Shown here piece by piece: positions 42,096 through 54,077 of a stretch of DNA of 64,000 nucleotides. A program made the translations under genes and the position numbers. The stretch's first letter is position 1. Every line of letters begins with the position of its first letter. The stretch comes from an uncultured Spirochaetota bacterium (GTDB taxonomy: Bacteria; Spirochaetota; Spirochaetia; SZUA-6; Fen-1364): assembly GCA_963845325.1 (NCBI GenBank), contig CAWJRT010000016.1, positions 39,780 through 103,779 of the forward strand, read 5' to 3'. The notes under the pieces are model-generated. The model had not been told where the DNA came from and made no database searches. It saw nothing but the letters and a program-made list of their open reading frames with translations.

Positions 42096-43066
42096 GCCGC
42101 GGACAGGGCCACTTTTCACGGTGTGAGCCAGCCGGCATTCGAGCAGCCCCGGAGACACCCTGGACGGCGTCGTGGAGAGCATCCTCGGCTCGTACCGCGA
42201 GCTCGGGGGAATCAACCACATCGAGGGAGCCAACCTGCCCTCGCGCCAGAGCATCGAGCGCATCATCGCGAACCTGGAGTCGCTGATTTTCCCGGGGTTC
42301 CAGGCGGAGGAGACGCTCGCCCTCGACGGGATGCGGTACACCATCGGCGAACGGGTCGTGAGCGTGAGCCGGGCACTGGTGCCGGAAGTGGAGAAGAGCA
42401 TCCAGTACGCCTGCCGCGTGCGCAAGGACTGCCAGCGGCACGAAGACTGCCGGGGCGAGGCGGAGGAAATCGTCCGCGCGCTGCTGGAAGGGATTCCGGA
42501 GATCAGGCGCAAGGTCAACCGGGACGTCATGGCCGCTTTCCGGGGAGACCCGGCCGCGCGTTCGCAGGAAGAGGTGATCCTGTCCTACCCCGGCGTGGAG
42601 GCCATCCTCATCCACCGCATTGCCCACGAGCTGTGGATCCGGGACGTGGCAATGATCCCCCGGATGATGAGCGAGCATATCCACGGCGTGACCGGAATCG
42701 ACATCCACCCGGGGGCCGCAGGTCGGGGATTCATTCTTCATCGATCATGGAACAGGGGTCGTCATCGGGGAGACGGCGGTCATTGGAAACAATGTCAAGC
42801 TGTACCAGGGCGTCACGCTGGGGGCGCTCAGCGTGCAGAAAGAGCTTGCCAACAGGAAACGGCACCCCACAATAGAGGACGAGGTGACCATCTACGCGGG
42901 GGCCACGATCCTCGGCGGAAAAACGGTCGTCGGCCGCGGTTCCATCATCGGCGGCAATGTCTGGCTCACCGACAGCGTTCCCCCGAACAGCAGGATCTAT
43001 CACAATCCCAGCCAGGTCCGACAGGCGCGGGCCGATGATCCGGACGCCTGGGACGGGGGACTGTGA
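42096..43066 (+). CDS. cysE: Serine O-acetyltransferase (long form), with a frameshift at ~42730.
   Basis: It has the SATase N-terminal helical domain (…[20 protein letters not shown]) and a hexapeptide-repeat C-terminus ([25 protein letters not shown]). The parts are in ORFs 42087/42172..43038 and 42833..43066. Confidence 0.8.
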
Positions 43067-43104
43067 GCCACACCCACCATGCCGATCCTGCTTCGGAACG
43101 GCAC

Positions 43105-44274
43105 ATGCGCATCGGCATCTGCTGCTACCCCACCGCGGGCGGCAGCGGCGTCGTGGCCACGGAGCTGGGCAAGCACCTGGCAGAACGCGGGCACTCCGTA
43201 GCGTTCATCAGCTATGCAAATCCGCTGCGGCTCGGCGAGCTGCCCCCGCGGGTGTGCTACCACGAGGTGGACCAGGAGAGCCATGCGCTCCTGAAGCAGT
43301 TCCCGCACAGCCTCACGCTCACCGCGAAAATGGTGGAGGTGGCGCGGACGCACCGCCTGCAGGTCATGCACGTGCACTACGCCATCCCCTTCGCCGCCGC
43401 GGCCATCAATGCGCGCCAGGTGGCCCCCGAGCTGGACTTGAAAGTGGTCACCACCCTGCATGGCACCGACATCACGCTTGTCGGCTCCAGCCCCTCGTTC
43501 AAACCAGTCACCCAGTGGTCCATAGAGCAGTCGGACGCCGTGACCGCCGTGTCCCGGTACCTCCGCGACGAAACCTACCGGCAGATCCCCGTGAACAAGG
43601 AGATCGAGGTCGTTTACAATTTCATTGACCCTGACCGCCACGTGGAGCGCATTCCCACCTGCATTCCGCAGAAGACCTCTGAACGGCAGGTCACCCTCAT
43701 GCACATATCGAACTTCCGCCCGCTGAAACGCACGGATGACGTGGTGAGGATTTTCGCCCGTGTCAGGGAGAGCATGGACGCGCGGCTGGTCCTCGTGGGC
43801 GACGGCCCTGAGTACGGGCGCACGCGTGAGCTGGTTGAGAAGCTCGGGCTGGAGGAGTACGTGCGTTATGTGGGGGTGGTGGACGACGTGGTCCCGCTCC
43901 TGGCCGCGGCCGATGTGCTTCTGCTGCCGTCCGAAACGGAAAGCTTCGGCCTGGTTGCCCTGGAGGCAATGGCCAGCGGGGTGCCCGTCGTGGCAAGCGA
44001 TGTCGGCGGCCTGCCGGAGGTGGTGGAGCACGGCGTGACCGGATTCCTCGCTCCCGTGGGGGACGTGGATGCGATGTCGGGATATTGCCTGAAGCTGCTC
44101 GCGGACTGCGGCGGTGCGCGAACGTTCGCGGCGAACGCTCGCCGAAGAGCGGTGGAAAAGTTTGATTACCGCTCGATCATTCCCCAGTACGAGAGGATCT
44201 ACGAGCGCCTGTTCGCCGGGGGCCGCGCGGGCGCCCCTGCGGTCGGCGCTGCCTCGGGGCGCGCTGTCAGTTGA
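43105..44274 (+). CDS. bshA: Bacillithiol biosynthesis glycosyltransferase BshA (N-acetyl-alpha-D-glucosaminyl L-malate synthase, GT4).
   Basis: The start [30 protein letters not shown] matches BshA's [28 protein letters not shown]. It also has TTLHGTDIT and the EX7E-type GT4 C-terminus ([19 protein letters not shown]). Confidence 0.8.
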   Translation: MRIGICCYPTAGGSGVVATELGKHLAERGHSVAFISYANPLRLGELPPRVCYHEVDQESHALLKQFPHSLTLTAKMVEVARTHRLQVMHVHYAIPFAAAAINARQVAPELDLKVVTTLHGTDITLVGSSPSFKPVTQWSIEQSDAVTAVSRYLRDETYRQIPVNKEIEVVYNFIDPDRHVERIPTCIPQKTSERQVTLMHISNFRPLKRTDDVVRIFARVRESMDARLVLVGDGPEYGRTRELVEKLGLEEYVRYVGVVDDVVPLLAAADVLLLPSETESFGLVALEAMASGVPVVASDVGGLPEVVEHGVTGFLAPVGDVDAMSGYCLKLLADCGGARTFAANARRRAVEKFDYRSIIPQYERIYERLFAGGRAGAPAVGAASGRAVS

Positions 44275-44983
44275 CGGAGGTCCGGGCTGCCGGGACCATG
44301 GACACGTAGCTCGTCTCCAGTCCCTGGACCTGCTGCACCAGCGCGAGGAACTTGTCCGCTTCTCCCTTGTTGGAATACGGTCCCACGCGCACGCGGAAAA
44401 AGGTCTCGCCCTTCGACGTCCAGGAGAAGACGCGGCTTCCGAGCCCCTTGCCCTGCAGCAGGCTCACCAGCTCTTCAGCCTTTGTCTGGCTCTTGTACGA
44501 GCCCGTCTGGATCCAGTAGTCGGCCGCCTTTTTCGGAACGCGCGCCTGCTGCGTGGTCTTCACCGTCCGCTGTTTCGATGCCTGCGGCAGAACCGGGCGC
44601 GCGGCTGGCGCGGGGGCGGCCGCAGATGGCACTGCCGGGGCCGGCGAGGCGACAGAAGGGGCGGGTGCGTTCGGCGCCGGGGCGGACTGTGTCCCGTTGG
44701 GGGGAGAGGCTGGCTTGGGGCCGGCGCCCTCGCCGATGTAGAAGTGCATGGTCTGCTGGTCACCGCTGGGCGGCGTCCCTGCCTGGGGTCCGCTGGCGGG
44801 CGGCGTCTGTGGAGCCTCGCGCTGGTACTCGTAGAGCTGGGTGCCGGTACCGTTCATCGGGCTGACCGTGGCGTGAGGAGCGGCGCTGGGCTGCTGGCGC
44901 AGGAGGAGCACGCCGGCTACGAGCACCACCACGACGAAAACGCTCACGGAGAGCACGACCCAGAAAACCTTCTGCTTTTCCAT
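44267..44983 (-). CDS. SPOR-domain protein with an N-terminal TM anchor and a Pro/Ala-rich linker.
   Basis: It has the TM helix VFWVVLSVSVFVVVVLVAGVLLL and a low-complexity PA-rich region. The C-terminal SPOR fold is DYWIQTGSYKSQTKAEELVSLL...FFRVRVGPYSNKGEADKF. Confidence 0.75.
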   Translation of the reverse strand: MEKQKVFWVVLSVSVFVVVVLVAGVLLLRQQPSAAPHATVSPMNGTGTQLYEYQREAPQTPPASGPQAGTPPSGDQQTMHFYIGEGAGPKPASPPNGTQSAPAPNAPAPSVASPAPAVPSAAAPAPAARPVLPQASKQRTVKTTQQARVPKKAADYWIQTGSYKSQTKAEELVSLLQGKGLGSRVFSWTSKGETFFRVRVGPYSNKGEADKFLALVQQVQGLETSYVSMVPAARTSVN

Positions 44984-44989
44984 CCGTCC

Positions 44990-45569
44990 CTATCCTCTCA
45001 ACCGCGCCACGATCCGCTCCACCCGGTGTTCCAGGGAGCGCACGGCGCCCCAATTCGGCATACTATAAGTATCGACCCCGGGATCATTGAATTGAGGGCG
45101 CACGTCTTTCTGCGCGTTGATCCGGACCCAGGCATCGCGGAGGGAAAGCCTGTCCCGCCGCATTGCGCGGACAAGTCGGACAACCGCAGGGGCCGTCACG
45201 AACACCACGGCGTCGCACATCTTCTCCAGGCCTGCCCGCTGGAGGAGCGGTGCGTTGATGACCACGTCGCGGTCGTTTTCCGCAACGAAGCGCCGGATCC
45301 TTTCCGTGATGTCGGGATAGAGAATGGCCTCCAGTCTCGATCGCGCCTTCGGATCGGCAAAAACAATCCTTCCCAGTGCGCGCCTGTCCACGCCTCCGCC
45401 GGCGGCCCGTGCGCCTGGTCCGAATTCCCGGATCACCTGCTCAGCCCGCTCGGCGAGCACTTCGTGGCTGAGCTCATCGGCGTCGACGACCCTGAACCCG
45501 CGGGCGGCAAAAGCCCGGGCCGCTGTTCCCTTGCCCGAGCAGTACCTTCCCGTCAGCCCGACGGTCATG
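44990..45569 (-). CDS. coaE: Dephospho-CoA kinase.
   Basis: It starts MTVGLTGRYCSGKGT (P-loop) and has the conserved CoaE layout. It lies immediately downstream of polA, which is the conserved polA-coaE synteny. Confidence 0.8.
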
Positions 45570-48357
45570 TCAGTGAAACTCTCCCCAGCTCTCGCCGGAC
45601 TCGCAGTGAACCGCCAGGGGGATGGGGTGCTCGGTGACGTGTTCCATGACGTCACGGACAATCCCTTCGACAACCGCCACTTCCTCGATCGGCGCTTCAA
45701 GGATGATTTCGTCATGCACCTGCAGGAGCACGCGCGTGGCAAGCTTCCGCTCCGCCAGCCGTTTGTACAGCTGCACCATTGCCAGCTTGACGATATCTGC
45801 CGCGGTTCCCTGGATGGGTGAGTTGACCGCAACCCTCTGCGCCGCTGTCCTCTCCGTGCGGTTGCTGCTGGTGATGGCTGCCACTCTCCGCCGGCGCCCC
45901 ATCAGTGTGCGGACAAATCCGGTTTCTTCGGCGGACCGGATGGTTTCCTTCAGAAACCTGTCAACGCCCTGGAACCTTTCAAAGTAGGTTTTTATGAATC
46001 GGTCCGCATCGGCGCGGGGGATTCTCAGGCCCTGCGCCAGCCCGAACGAGGACATTCCATAGACAACGCCGAAATTGATGGTCTTCCCCACCCGCCGCTG
46101 ATCCGCGGTGACCTGTTCCTCGGTGACCCCGAAAATCAGGGAGGCGGTCTGCCGGTGCACATCCTTCCCCTGGGCGAACGCATCCAGGAGGATCGGGTCC
46201 TTCGAAAGGTACGCCAGGATGGCAAGCTCGATCTGGGCATAGTCGGCGCTCACGAAGCGCATGCCGGGCGCCGGCACGAAAGCGGAGCGGATGCGCCGCC
46301 CCTCTTCTTCACGGATCGGGATGTTCTGGAGGTTGGGGTCCCTGCTCGCCAGGCGTCCCGTTGCCGCGCCTGTCTGCACGTAGTGCGTGTGAAGCCGTCC
46401 GGTTTCTTCGTTTACCAGCAGCGGCAGTGCGTCGACGTAGGTGGACTTCAGCTTGGAAAGCTTGCGATGGACGAGGATTTTTTCCGGGACGGGATCCTGT
46501 GCGGCAAGGATTTCCAGCACATCCACGTCTGTGGAATAGCCCGTCTTGGTCTTCCGAATGGGGGTCAGCTTGCGCCAGGTGAACAGGATTTCCTGCAGCT
46601 GTTTCGTCGAGTTGATGTTGAAGGGCCGCCCGCACAGCGCATAGATCTCCTGCTCGAGCCCCGCAAGGGATGACTCGAGCTCCCTGCTGTACGCCGAGAG
46701 CTCAGCGGAGAGGATGCGGATACCGGTGAGCTCCATCTCTGCCAGCACGCACAGGAGCGGCATCTCGATGTCGCGGAGCACGCCCGCCAGGTCCTCCGCT
46801 TCCAAATCGCGCGAAAGCAGCGCGTGCATGCGCAGCGTGAGGTCGGCGTCCTCCCCGGAGTAGTCGGTCACCTGCTGGATGGGAAGCTGATCCAGCGTCT
46901 GGTCCTTGCCCACGAGCTCCGCGTACGGCCTGGTGCGGAAACTCAGCCGCTTCTCCGCAAGGCGGTCCAGCCCGTAGGCGCCTTCGTCGCTTTCCAGGAC
47001 CCAGGCGGCAACCATGGTATCGAAGTGCACGTTGGCCGGCCTGACTCCCCAGCGCCGCATCACCTTGTAGTCGTACTTTGCATTCTGGCTGACAAGGCGC
47101 AGGGACGGGTCCTCGAGCAGCGCGGACAGCCTTTGCTTGACCGTTTCCTCGGGGATGCAGGTCACCCCGGATGCGTGGACAGGCAAGTAGCAGGCCCTTC
47201 CTTCCTCCATGCTCAGGGAGAACCCGAGAGGGCGGGCCTGCATCTCATCGCTGCGGTCCGTCTCCACGTTGAACGAGTAGAGGCCGGCCCGGCGCGCCCT
47301 GTTCAGCCACAGGTCGAGCTCTGAGACTGACGTGATGGTGGTGTAGGTGCCCGCAGCCGTGCTGTGCAGGATGATGCCGGACGCCTGCTCCGATGGCGCT
47401 GGCCTCCGTCGAGGCGGCCTTCGGGCCTGCCTTCGGTCCGGGATTCCTGGCGTCCGGAGAGTCGGGGGACCCCGAGCTTTTCCGGTGAAGTCCCTTGAGA
47501 TCCGCGGCGAGGGTCTTCATGCCTTCGCGCTCGAACAACGCAACCGCCGTGCGGCTGCCCAGATCCGGCGCGCCCAGGGAATCCACGGCCGGCATTCCCG
47601 GTACCTGCCGATTCAACGTGACGAGCTCACGCGAAAGCATGGCCGCTTCCCGCCCGGATTCCAGCTTTGCGCGCAGGGATGCAGGGGTCACCTCGGAAAG
47701 CTTCCCGTACATCGTGTCCAGGCTGCCGAACTGGGCCAGGAGCTTCTGTGCCGTCTTCCCGCCGATGCCCGGGACGCCGGGGACATTGTCCGACGAGTCG
47801 CCCGTCAGCGCGAGGAAGTCGACGATCTGCTCGGGATATACGCCCTTTGACTCGAACACCTTTTCACGCGAGTACTCCTCGAGGGCGGTGCTGCCGCGCT
47901 CCTGCGAGAGCAGGCGCACGTTGCCGGCGATGAGCTGCAGGATGTCCTTGTCCCCCGAGAGAATCCAGCACGGTGTGCCGGACTTGCGGCAGTCTTCGGC
48001 AATGGTCGCGATCACGTCGTCGGCTTCGAACCCGTCAGCCCTGATGCACGGGACCCGCAGCGCCTCCAGGATCTCCTCGATGACCGGCACCTGTGCGTGG
48101 AGATCCTCGGGGGCTCTCTCCCGCTGGGCCTTGTATTGCTCGTAGCGGAGGTGCCGGAAGGTCGGTACCCGGGAGTCCATGGCCACGAGAATCGATTCCG
48201 GCGCCCTGTCGCGAAGGATCTGGAACAGCGTGCGGAAAAAAACGAATACCGACGAAGAGTTTTTCCCCAGGGGGTTGAGAAGGGGTCGGTTCAGGAATGC
48301 GAAGTACCCGCGATAGATAACGCTGTAGCCGTCGATCAGGTACAGCTCTCGGCTCAT
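45570..48357 (-). CDS. polA: DNA polymerase I, with one frameshift at ~47300.
   Basis: The N-terminal 5'-3' exonuclease is in ORF 47245..49284 (MSRELYLIDGYSVIYRGYFAF...). The 3'-5' exo and polymerase domains are in ORF 45570..47267 (motif A DYSQIELR-like DYAQIELAILA; motif C VHDEIILE). Confidence 0.9.
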
Positions 48358-48800
48358 GTCGTGATGTCGATGAGCCCCGGCGTGACCTCGGCGAAAGGCG
48401 AGGCGGACCGGGGCCACGCCCGCAGGGAGGTGATCTCCCGCCGCATGTCGTCCATGCGCTTGCGCAGCCGCTGGCGGTTCCTGACGTTGTGGGCAAGGAT
48501 CTCGGAGCCCATGGCCTCCAGGGTCGATTTCAGGCGGGGGATCGTTGCCTCCGAGCCGCCGGGGTATGCTGCCTGGTAGAGGGCTTCGAGGGGAGCGATG
48601 ACCTTTTTCACGCTGAAAATTTCGGCGATGATGGCCTGCTCCATCTCCACCTGGGCGAGCAGCTTCTCCGAGTCGCCCTGCTCGATGGACTCCCCTTCGC
48701 ATTCGAGGAGGTGCAGGTACGAGCCGAACTTCTCCCTCTGGCGCGCGAGCATCTCGCGCAGCCTCCTGAGGACGGCGACATTCTGTTCGATGCGGTCCAT
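48354..48800 (-). CDS. FlgN/FliT-like flagellar export chaperone (tentative).
   Basis: A 148-aa helical protein immediately downstream of fliS, with weak resemblance to FlgN. No diagnostic motif. Confidence 0.35.
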   Translation of the reverse strand: MDRIEQNVAVLRRLREMLARQREKFGSYLHLLECEGESIEQGDSEKLLAQVEMEQAIIAEIFSVKKVIAPLEALYQAAYPGGSEATIPRLKSTLEAMGSEILAHNVRNRQRLRKRMDDMRREITSLRAWPRSASPFAEVTPGLIDITT

Positions 48801-48829
48801 GTTTTCCCCTCCCGTTTCTTACCCGGCGA

Positions 48830-49251
48830 TGTTCACCCCGGACGACGGGGTGGTGTTCTCCTCGAGGCCCTTGCGCGTGGAGATCTCGTCCCAGGCGTCC
48901 CGCAGGTCGCCCAGCATCTTTTTCACTTCCGCAAGAGGCGCAGGGTCCTTTTGACAGGTTACCCTCCAGGAGTCGGCGGTTCATGAATGAGTACAGGCTG
49001 AAGAGGTTCTTGGCAAGCACGCCGCCCTTGTCGAAGTCAAGGGACGCCATGAGCTCACTGAGGATGTCCTGGGCGGCAATGATGTGATTGTTGATCTCGT
49101 CGTAGCGGCGATGCCCTTCCTGGAAGGCGTCGACGGCAAGGTTCAGGTGCCGGATGGCCCCGTCGTAGAGCATGACGATGAGCCTGATCTGGTTCGCCGT
49201 CTTGATCTGGATTTCCTTGTAGGCGTTCACCGGATCGTGTGCATTCACCGC
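48830..49251 (-). CDS. fliS: Flagellar export chaperone FliS, with a C-terminal frameshift.
   Basis: NAYKEIQIKTANQIRLIVMLYDGAIRHLNLAVDAF...NIIAAQDILSELMASLDFDKGGVLAKNLFSLYSFMNRRLLEGN matches the FliS family. The ORF then runs on in the wrong frame. Confidence 0.7.
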
Positions 49252-49307
49252 TGCCTCCCCTTCTTCCCCACGGTACCCGTGCAAATCCCGGCACGGGCCA
49301 ACCCATG

Positions 49308-51590
49308 CTATCGCGCATCCTGTATCAGCGTGGAGACGGGCACGATATCGTAGCCGCGACCGACCAGCTCGTTGATCAGGATGTCCAGCTTCTGAAACAG
49401 GTAGTCATCCCGCCTGCCCTCCCCCGCCCCGACCTGCAGGGGAATGATGGAGCCGGGCTTTTTCTGCGCAACGATCCGCTCGACGAGGTCCGCGGCGCGC
49501 AGGTAGATGCCCCGGGACTGGTTGGACTCGCTGGACGTCACCCAGTCGTAGGAATCCAGGTCGCGCCCCGCGTAAGTGTAGTTCATTTCCGCGGCCGCCG
49601 CGATGATTCCCGAGTTCACAATGTAGTACGGAGCGTGCCACAAAAGCGAGAGCTCCCGGCCCGTGGCCGCGTTGTAGTCGTCCTCGTTCCGCGCGAGTCC
49701 CGATTTCACGAAATCGCGGTCCACCGTGAACCGTGCGTCGGTCATGTTGAAGTAGGCATAGAAGAGGGACCCGACCTCATGACCAGAGTCCGCGATTTCC
49801 CGCACCGCGTCCGGGTAGCGGCGAATGAACTCGCCGTTCACGAAGAAAGTCGCCCGCACCCGGTAGGCAGTCAGCGTGTTGAGGATCCGGGTGAGCCCTT
49901 CGGCCGAATCCACAGCGTTGAAAACCAGGGTCACCTCGCGGCGCCGCAGGCGCGAGCCGTGGGACACGTTGGTAAAGTCCACCGGCTCGTCCTTCATGGG
50001 GAATGGCTCATAGATCGCCGTCTCGGGGGGAAAAAGCGGGTTCGTGCCGAAACCCCTGGCTTCCCGCACCATGAGCATATTCGCGTAGCTGCCGCGCGCG
50101 GACGGCTCGAGATACACCCTGTAGTTGTCCGAGGACAGGCTCCTGTCCCTGACGGCGTAGGCATCCGCTGTCTTCCAGCCGCCGGCGGCCTCGTCGAAGG
50201 TGAGCACCCGGCTCTTGATCCGGGTGAGGACCGCATCCCGGTCGGGGGCATGCCCGAACTCGCCCGGCTGTGAAAGCGCAACGAGTGTGGACGTGCCCGA
50301 GCCGATCGAGTAGCGCTCGATGAACCAGGCCCCGGCCACCAGCAGGTCGTCATCGCCTAGCCACAGCACGTGCAGCGGGGTGGGGTGAGACAGCGCCCCC
50401 TTGTCCTGCCAGGTGGCATAGTCCTTCCACGCAACACCGTCCGCGTTCATCAGCGCCGCCCGCGTGCCATCCGGGGAGAGAGTGATATCGAGCACGCCTT
50501 TGTCGTCGGTGCGGACAAAGGTCCCGTACGCGCCCTGCGCATCCTGGGAGAGACGGAACACGGCCGTGCCGCGGACGCCCGCGCTTCGGGTTTCGCAGAG
50601 CATGGTCACGATGTCGCCCACGGACCAGACCACCTTCCGAACCGTCGTGTCGCGGGGAAGGGAGAGGTAGGGCAGCGAGAGCGGGACCCCTGAGGCGTGG
50701 AAGTCATCGAGGGTGAGGTAATACAGGAAGATGTTCCTGCCGCCTTTGTTCAGGAGCAGGTTCTTCCCGTCCGGAGAGACCCAGAACGAATCGAAGTTCG
50801 GATCGAACTGGAACGGGATCTTCGCCACGACCTTGCCGATCTTCAGGAAACCGGTATACAGGGCGCGGGTGAAAAGCTCGTTCGGATCGATCTCGTAGAC
50901 GATGACGCCCGAGATGTAGTCCAGCGTTCCGCCGCCTGCCCAGCGGACATTTGCCATGGAGCCGGACCCTATGTTCCGCAGTTCTTCCGAGAGGACGCGG
51001 TTGTCATGCATCTGGGCAAGGGAGAAGTAATAGATGCCCGAGGTCTTGGCATACACCACAAACCGGGAATCGGGAGACCAGGACGCGGGCAGGGCCTCCA
51101 GCGAGAGCTCGACCTTTGTCGAGATGACCGCCTGCGCGCCCGTGGCCACGTTCAGCAGCGTGAGATCTCCGTAGGCGGGGGAGCGGGAGCGCAGGTACAG
51201 GAGGTATCGTCCATCCGGCGAGGTCTGCATTGGCGCGATGGTTCCCGACTGCACCTGGGTTCCCGCGACGAACGACGGGAACATCGCAATCGGGGCGATA
51301 TTGCGGAACTCGGATTCTGACCTGAAGACTCCGAACCGGTTCTGGATCTGCAGCACGTCCCCGTCCTGGAGCAGCTGCACCTCTTCGGGGTAGAAGGTCA
51401 ACTGGCGCATGTGACGGGTGCGGGGATCCGCGAGAAGCAGGGTGTTGAACGTCCCGGTCCCGCTGGAGGCCGCCGACGCCGCAAACAGGAGCCTGTCCGA
51501 CGGGGACAGGTCCAGGCCGGAGAAACTCACCTGGCCGAACGAGAAAGCCGTGACCAGTGAGAGACATAGGAGGAGTAGTGTTTTCCTCAA
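49308..51590 (-). CDS. Secreted fusion protein with an N-terminal beta-propeller (TolB/WD40-like) and a C-terminal polysaccharide deacetylase (CE4/NodB) domain.
   Basis: Signal peptide (M)RKTLLLLCLSLVTAFSFGQ with a TTG start and a GAAGAGG RBS. There are about 450 aa of propeller repeats (SPDG.. motifs), then the NodB motifs TFDDG-like (LVFNAVDSAEG), ATFFVNGEF and a second His site. Confidence 0.75.
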   Translation of the reverse strand: MRKTLLLLCLSLVTAFSFGQVSFSGLDLSPSDRLLFAASAASSGTGTFNTLLLADPRTRHMRQLTFYPEEVQLLQDGDVLQIQNRFGVFRSESEFRNIAPIAMFPSFVAGTQVQSGTIAPMQTSPDGRYLLYLRSRSPAYGDLTLLNVATGAQAVISTKVELSLEALPASWSPDSRFVVYAKTSGIYYFSLAQMHDNRVLSEELRNIGSGSMANVRWAGGGTLDYISGVIVYEIDPNELFTRALYTGFLKIGKVVAKIPFQFDPNFDSFWVSPDGKNLLLNKGGRNIFLYYLTLDDFHASGVPLSLPYLSLPRDTTVRKVVWSVGDIVTMLCETRSAGVRGTAVFRLSQDAQGAYGTFVRTDDKGVLDITLSPDGTRAALMNADGVAWKDYATWQDKGALSHPTPLHVLWLGDDDLLVAGAWFIERYSIGSGTSTLVALSQPGEFGHAPDRDAVLTRIKSRVLTFDEAAGGWKTADAYAVRDRSLSSDNYRVYLEPSARGSYANMLMVREARGFGTNPLFPPETAIYEPFPMKDEPVDFTNVSHGSRLRRREVTLVFNAVDSAEGLTRILNTLTAYRVRATFFVNGEFIRRYPDAVREIADSGHEVGSLFYAYFNMTDARFTVDRDFVKSGLARNEDDYNAATGRELSLLWHAPYYIVNSGIIAAAAEMNYTYAGRDLDSYDWVTSSESNQSRGIYLRAADLVERIVAQKKPGSIIPLQVGAGEGRRDDYLFQKLDILINELVGRGYDIVPVSTLIQDAR

Positions 51591-51808
51591 GGTCCGTACC
51601 TCTTCTTTTCCTGCTACGTACTATAATCGGCATGGCAAGAGGCAAAGCTATAACAAAAGGTGCGTGGCTTCGGGTGCTTGCGACATTCGGGTCGCTCCTG
51701 GCGACATTCGGGGCGCAGAAGACGCCGAGAGCCGCGGTCCAGCTACATTTCGAGCGCCGGCGGTGCTCTGCCTTGACCCCCTTCCGGGGCGGATGATAGA
51801 GTCAGCCC

Positions 51809-52743
51809 ATGAAAATTCTCGTCACCGGAGGCGCCGGGTTCATCGGCTCTCACGTCGTTGAGGCGTATCTGGCTGCCGGCCACGAGGTTGTGGTGGTCGA
51901 TGATCTGAGCTCCAGCTCGCGTGACAACCTGCCGAAAGGAGTGTCCTTCTACCTCATGAGTATCGGCGCTCCGGAGCTTGCCAAGGTTTTTGAGATCGAA
52001 AAGCCGCAAGTCGTGAACCACCATGCGGCGCAGATCAGCGTGACCGTTTCCGCCCGCGACCCGCTGCGGGACGCCACGGTGAACGGCCTGGGGCTCCTGA
52101 ACGTCCTGGAGCGCAGCCGAGTGGCCGGGGTGAAGAAATTCATCTTCATTTCCTCGGGCGGCGCAGTCTACGGAGAAGCGGGCGACAAGAGGCTCACCGA
52201 GGACAGTCCGACATCGCCGGTATCCCCTTATGCGATCCACAAGCTCCTGGGAGAGCACTACCTGCGATTCTACGGCGTCCAGCACGGCCTGGAGTGGACG
52301 GCACTGCGCTATTCGAATGTGTTCGGCCCGCGCCAGAATCCGCTCGGCGAAGCGGGGGTCGTGGCCATCTTCATCTCGAAAGTGCTTGCCGGCGAGATCC
52401 CCGTTATCAACGCGTTTCCAGAAGAGCCGGAAGGGATGTCCCGTGACTACGTGTACGTGGAGGATGTGGCCCGGGCAAGCGTTTTGGCCCTGAACAAGGG
52501 CGATGGGGAGGCGATCAACATCGCCAGTGCACGCGAGGTGCACACCCGTGAGCTGCTGGCCTCGATCTGCCGGATAACGGCCAAAGAGCTGAAATACACG
52601 CGCGCGGGCCCCGGCCGGGCGACATCCGGCGCAGCTGCCTGGAGAACTCGAAGGCGGCCCGGGTCCTGGGATGGAAGCCTGGATTCAGCCTCGACGAGGG
52701 GCTTGCACGGACAGTGTCCTGGTTCTCCACAACCCATGCCTGA
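51809..52743 (+). CDS. NAD-dependent epimerase/dehydratase (UDP-glucose 4-epimerase-like), with a frameshift at ~52610.
   Basis: It has the Rossmann motif VTGGAGFIGSH and the catalytic YAIHK. The true C-terminus (...RSCLENSKAARVLGWKPGFSLDEGLARTVSWF*) is in the +1 frame and ends at a TGA at 52741-52743. Confidence 0.8.
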
Positions 52744-53974
52744 CGCCAGCCAGTCCGAAATCGGCATCCTCCCCTGCCCCGGGGGAATGGAGTTTGCGCA
52801 GACCATCTACACCCACCTCGAGTCCATCACGGCCGAAAAGATGGAAGAGCGCGCCCGCGCGCTGAGCAGGCTGTACGGCCTCCCGAAATCGGAGATGATC
52901 CGCCAGATCAACCTCGCAAGCGACATCCTCCTTTCCTCCGGGGACCTCGACGAGCCGATCGACCAGCATCGCACCCGCAACTCCCTCGTGCCTGCCAAGT
53001 TCACGCGGTTTCCCAACGGGGAGTTCAAGTCGGAAATCCTCTGCTCGGTCCGCAACACCGACATCTACATCGTGCAGGATGTCGCCAATCGCTACCCTCT
53101 CCGTTTCCAGAAGAACGAGGCGGCGCAGCCCCTTTCCGTGAACGATCACCTCTTCTGCCTCCTGATGACCGTGGACGCGGCGTTGCAGGCGGGAGCGCTG
53201 CAGGTCACGGTGATCCTACCCACTTTCCCGTACGCGCGGCAGCACAAGAAGAAGGGCCGTGAAAGTCTTTCTGCCGCCCGTGTCGGCCAGATCCTGGAAT
53301 ACTTCGGCGTGGCGCGCCTCATTACCCTGGACATCCACTCGAAAGAGATCGAAAACTGCTTCAATCATTTGAGGCTGGAAAATCTGCACGGGGCCTACCA
53401 GATCCTGAAGATGCTCGCCACTGTCATCGACCTCAAGGACGAGAGGCTGATGGTTGTTGCGCCGGATACCGGCGCCGTGGAAAGGAGCAAGTTCTACGCA
53501 TCCATCCTGGGGCGCCCCCTGGGCATGCTGTACAAGGAGCGTGACTACTCGCGGGTGGCGCAGAGCGCGGAGAAGGGCAACATCACCGACATGAAGCTGC
53601 TGGGGTCCGTGAAAGACCGGATAGTGTTTCTCAGCGACGACATGCTCGGCACGGGTGGAACCCTGATCAAGGCAATGCGGGTCCTGAGGGACGCGGGGTC
53701 AGTCCAGAACATATGCGCCGTCAGCCTGCCGTTCTTCACAACGGCCGAGACGATCGACACGTTCCAGAAGGCGTACGAGGAAGGGCTGTTTACCCGTATC
53801 ATCGGGACGAACGCCGTCTTCCACGACGAGTCGCTCCTGAGCAGGGAATGGTACCTCAGCGCGGACATCACGAACCTGTTCGCACGCACCATTTACCGTC
53901 TGCACTACAACAGGAGTCTCAGCTCCCTTCTTGATGACCGCAGCGTGATCAAAGACCTTTTGAAGAGGTCCTAA
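52738..53974 (+). CDS. prs: Ribose-phosphate pyrophosphokinase.
   Basis: It has the PRPP-synthetase N-domain (TRFPNGEFKSEI...DIYIVQ), the PRPP-binding loop (VFLSDDMLGTGGTL) and a flexible loop with HKKKGRES. Its start overlaps the epimerase stop (ATGCCTGA). The six-frame track fuses the two genes because of the upstream frameshift. Confidence 0.85.
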
Positions 53975-53977
53975 GGT

Positions 53978-54077
53978 CGGCCTCTCGGCCATCCTTGGCC
54001 TCGTTGCCGACTTCGCCGTCCATGGCTTGGTCGGCCTCGCCTCCGGCCATCCTTTCGGCCCTTCGCCGTCCATGGCT
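53978..54077. repeat. Imperfect ~50-bp tandem duplication (2 units) at the 3' end of the zinc-ribbon gene.
   Basis: Unit 1 is 53978-54027 and unit 2 is 54028-54077. Both end in the identical 17-mer cttcgccgtccatggct (54011-54027 and 54061-54077), preceded by tcggcctc...ggccatcct in both copies. Confidence 0.6.
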
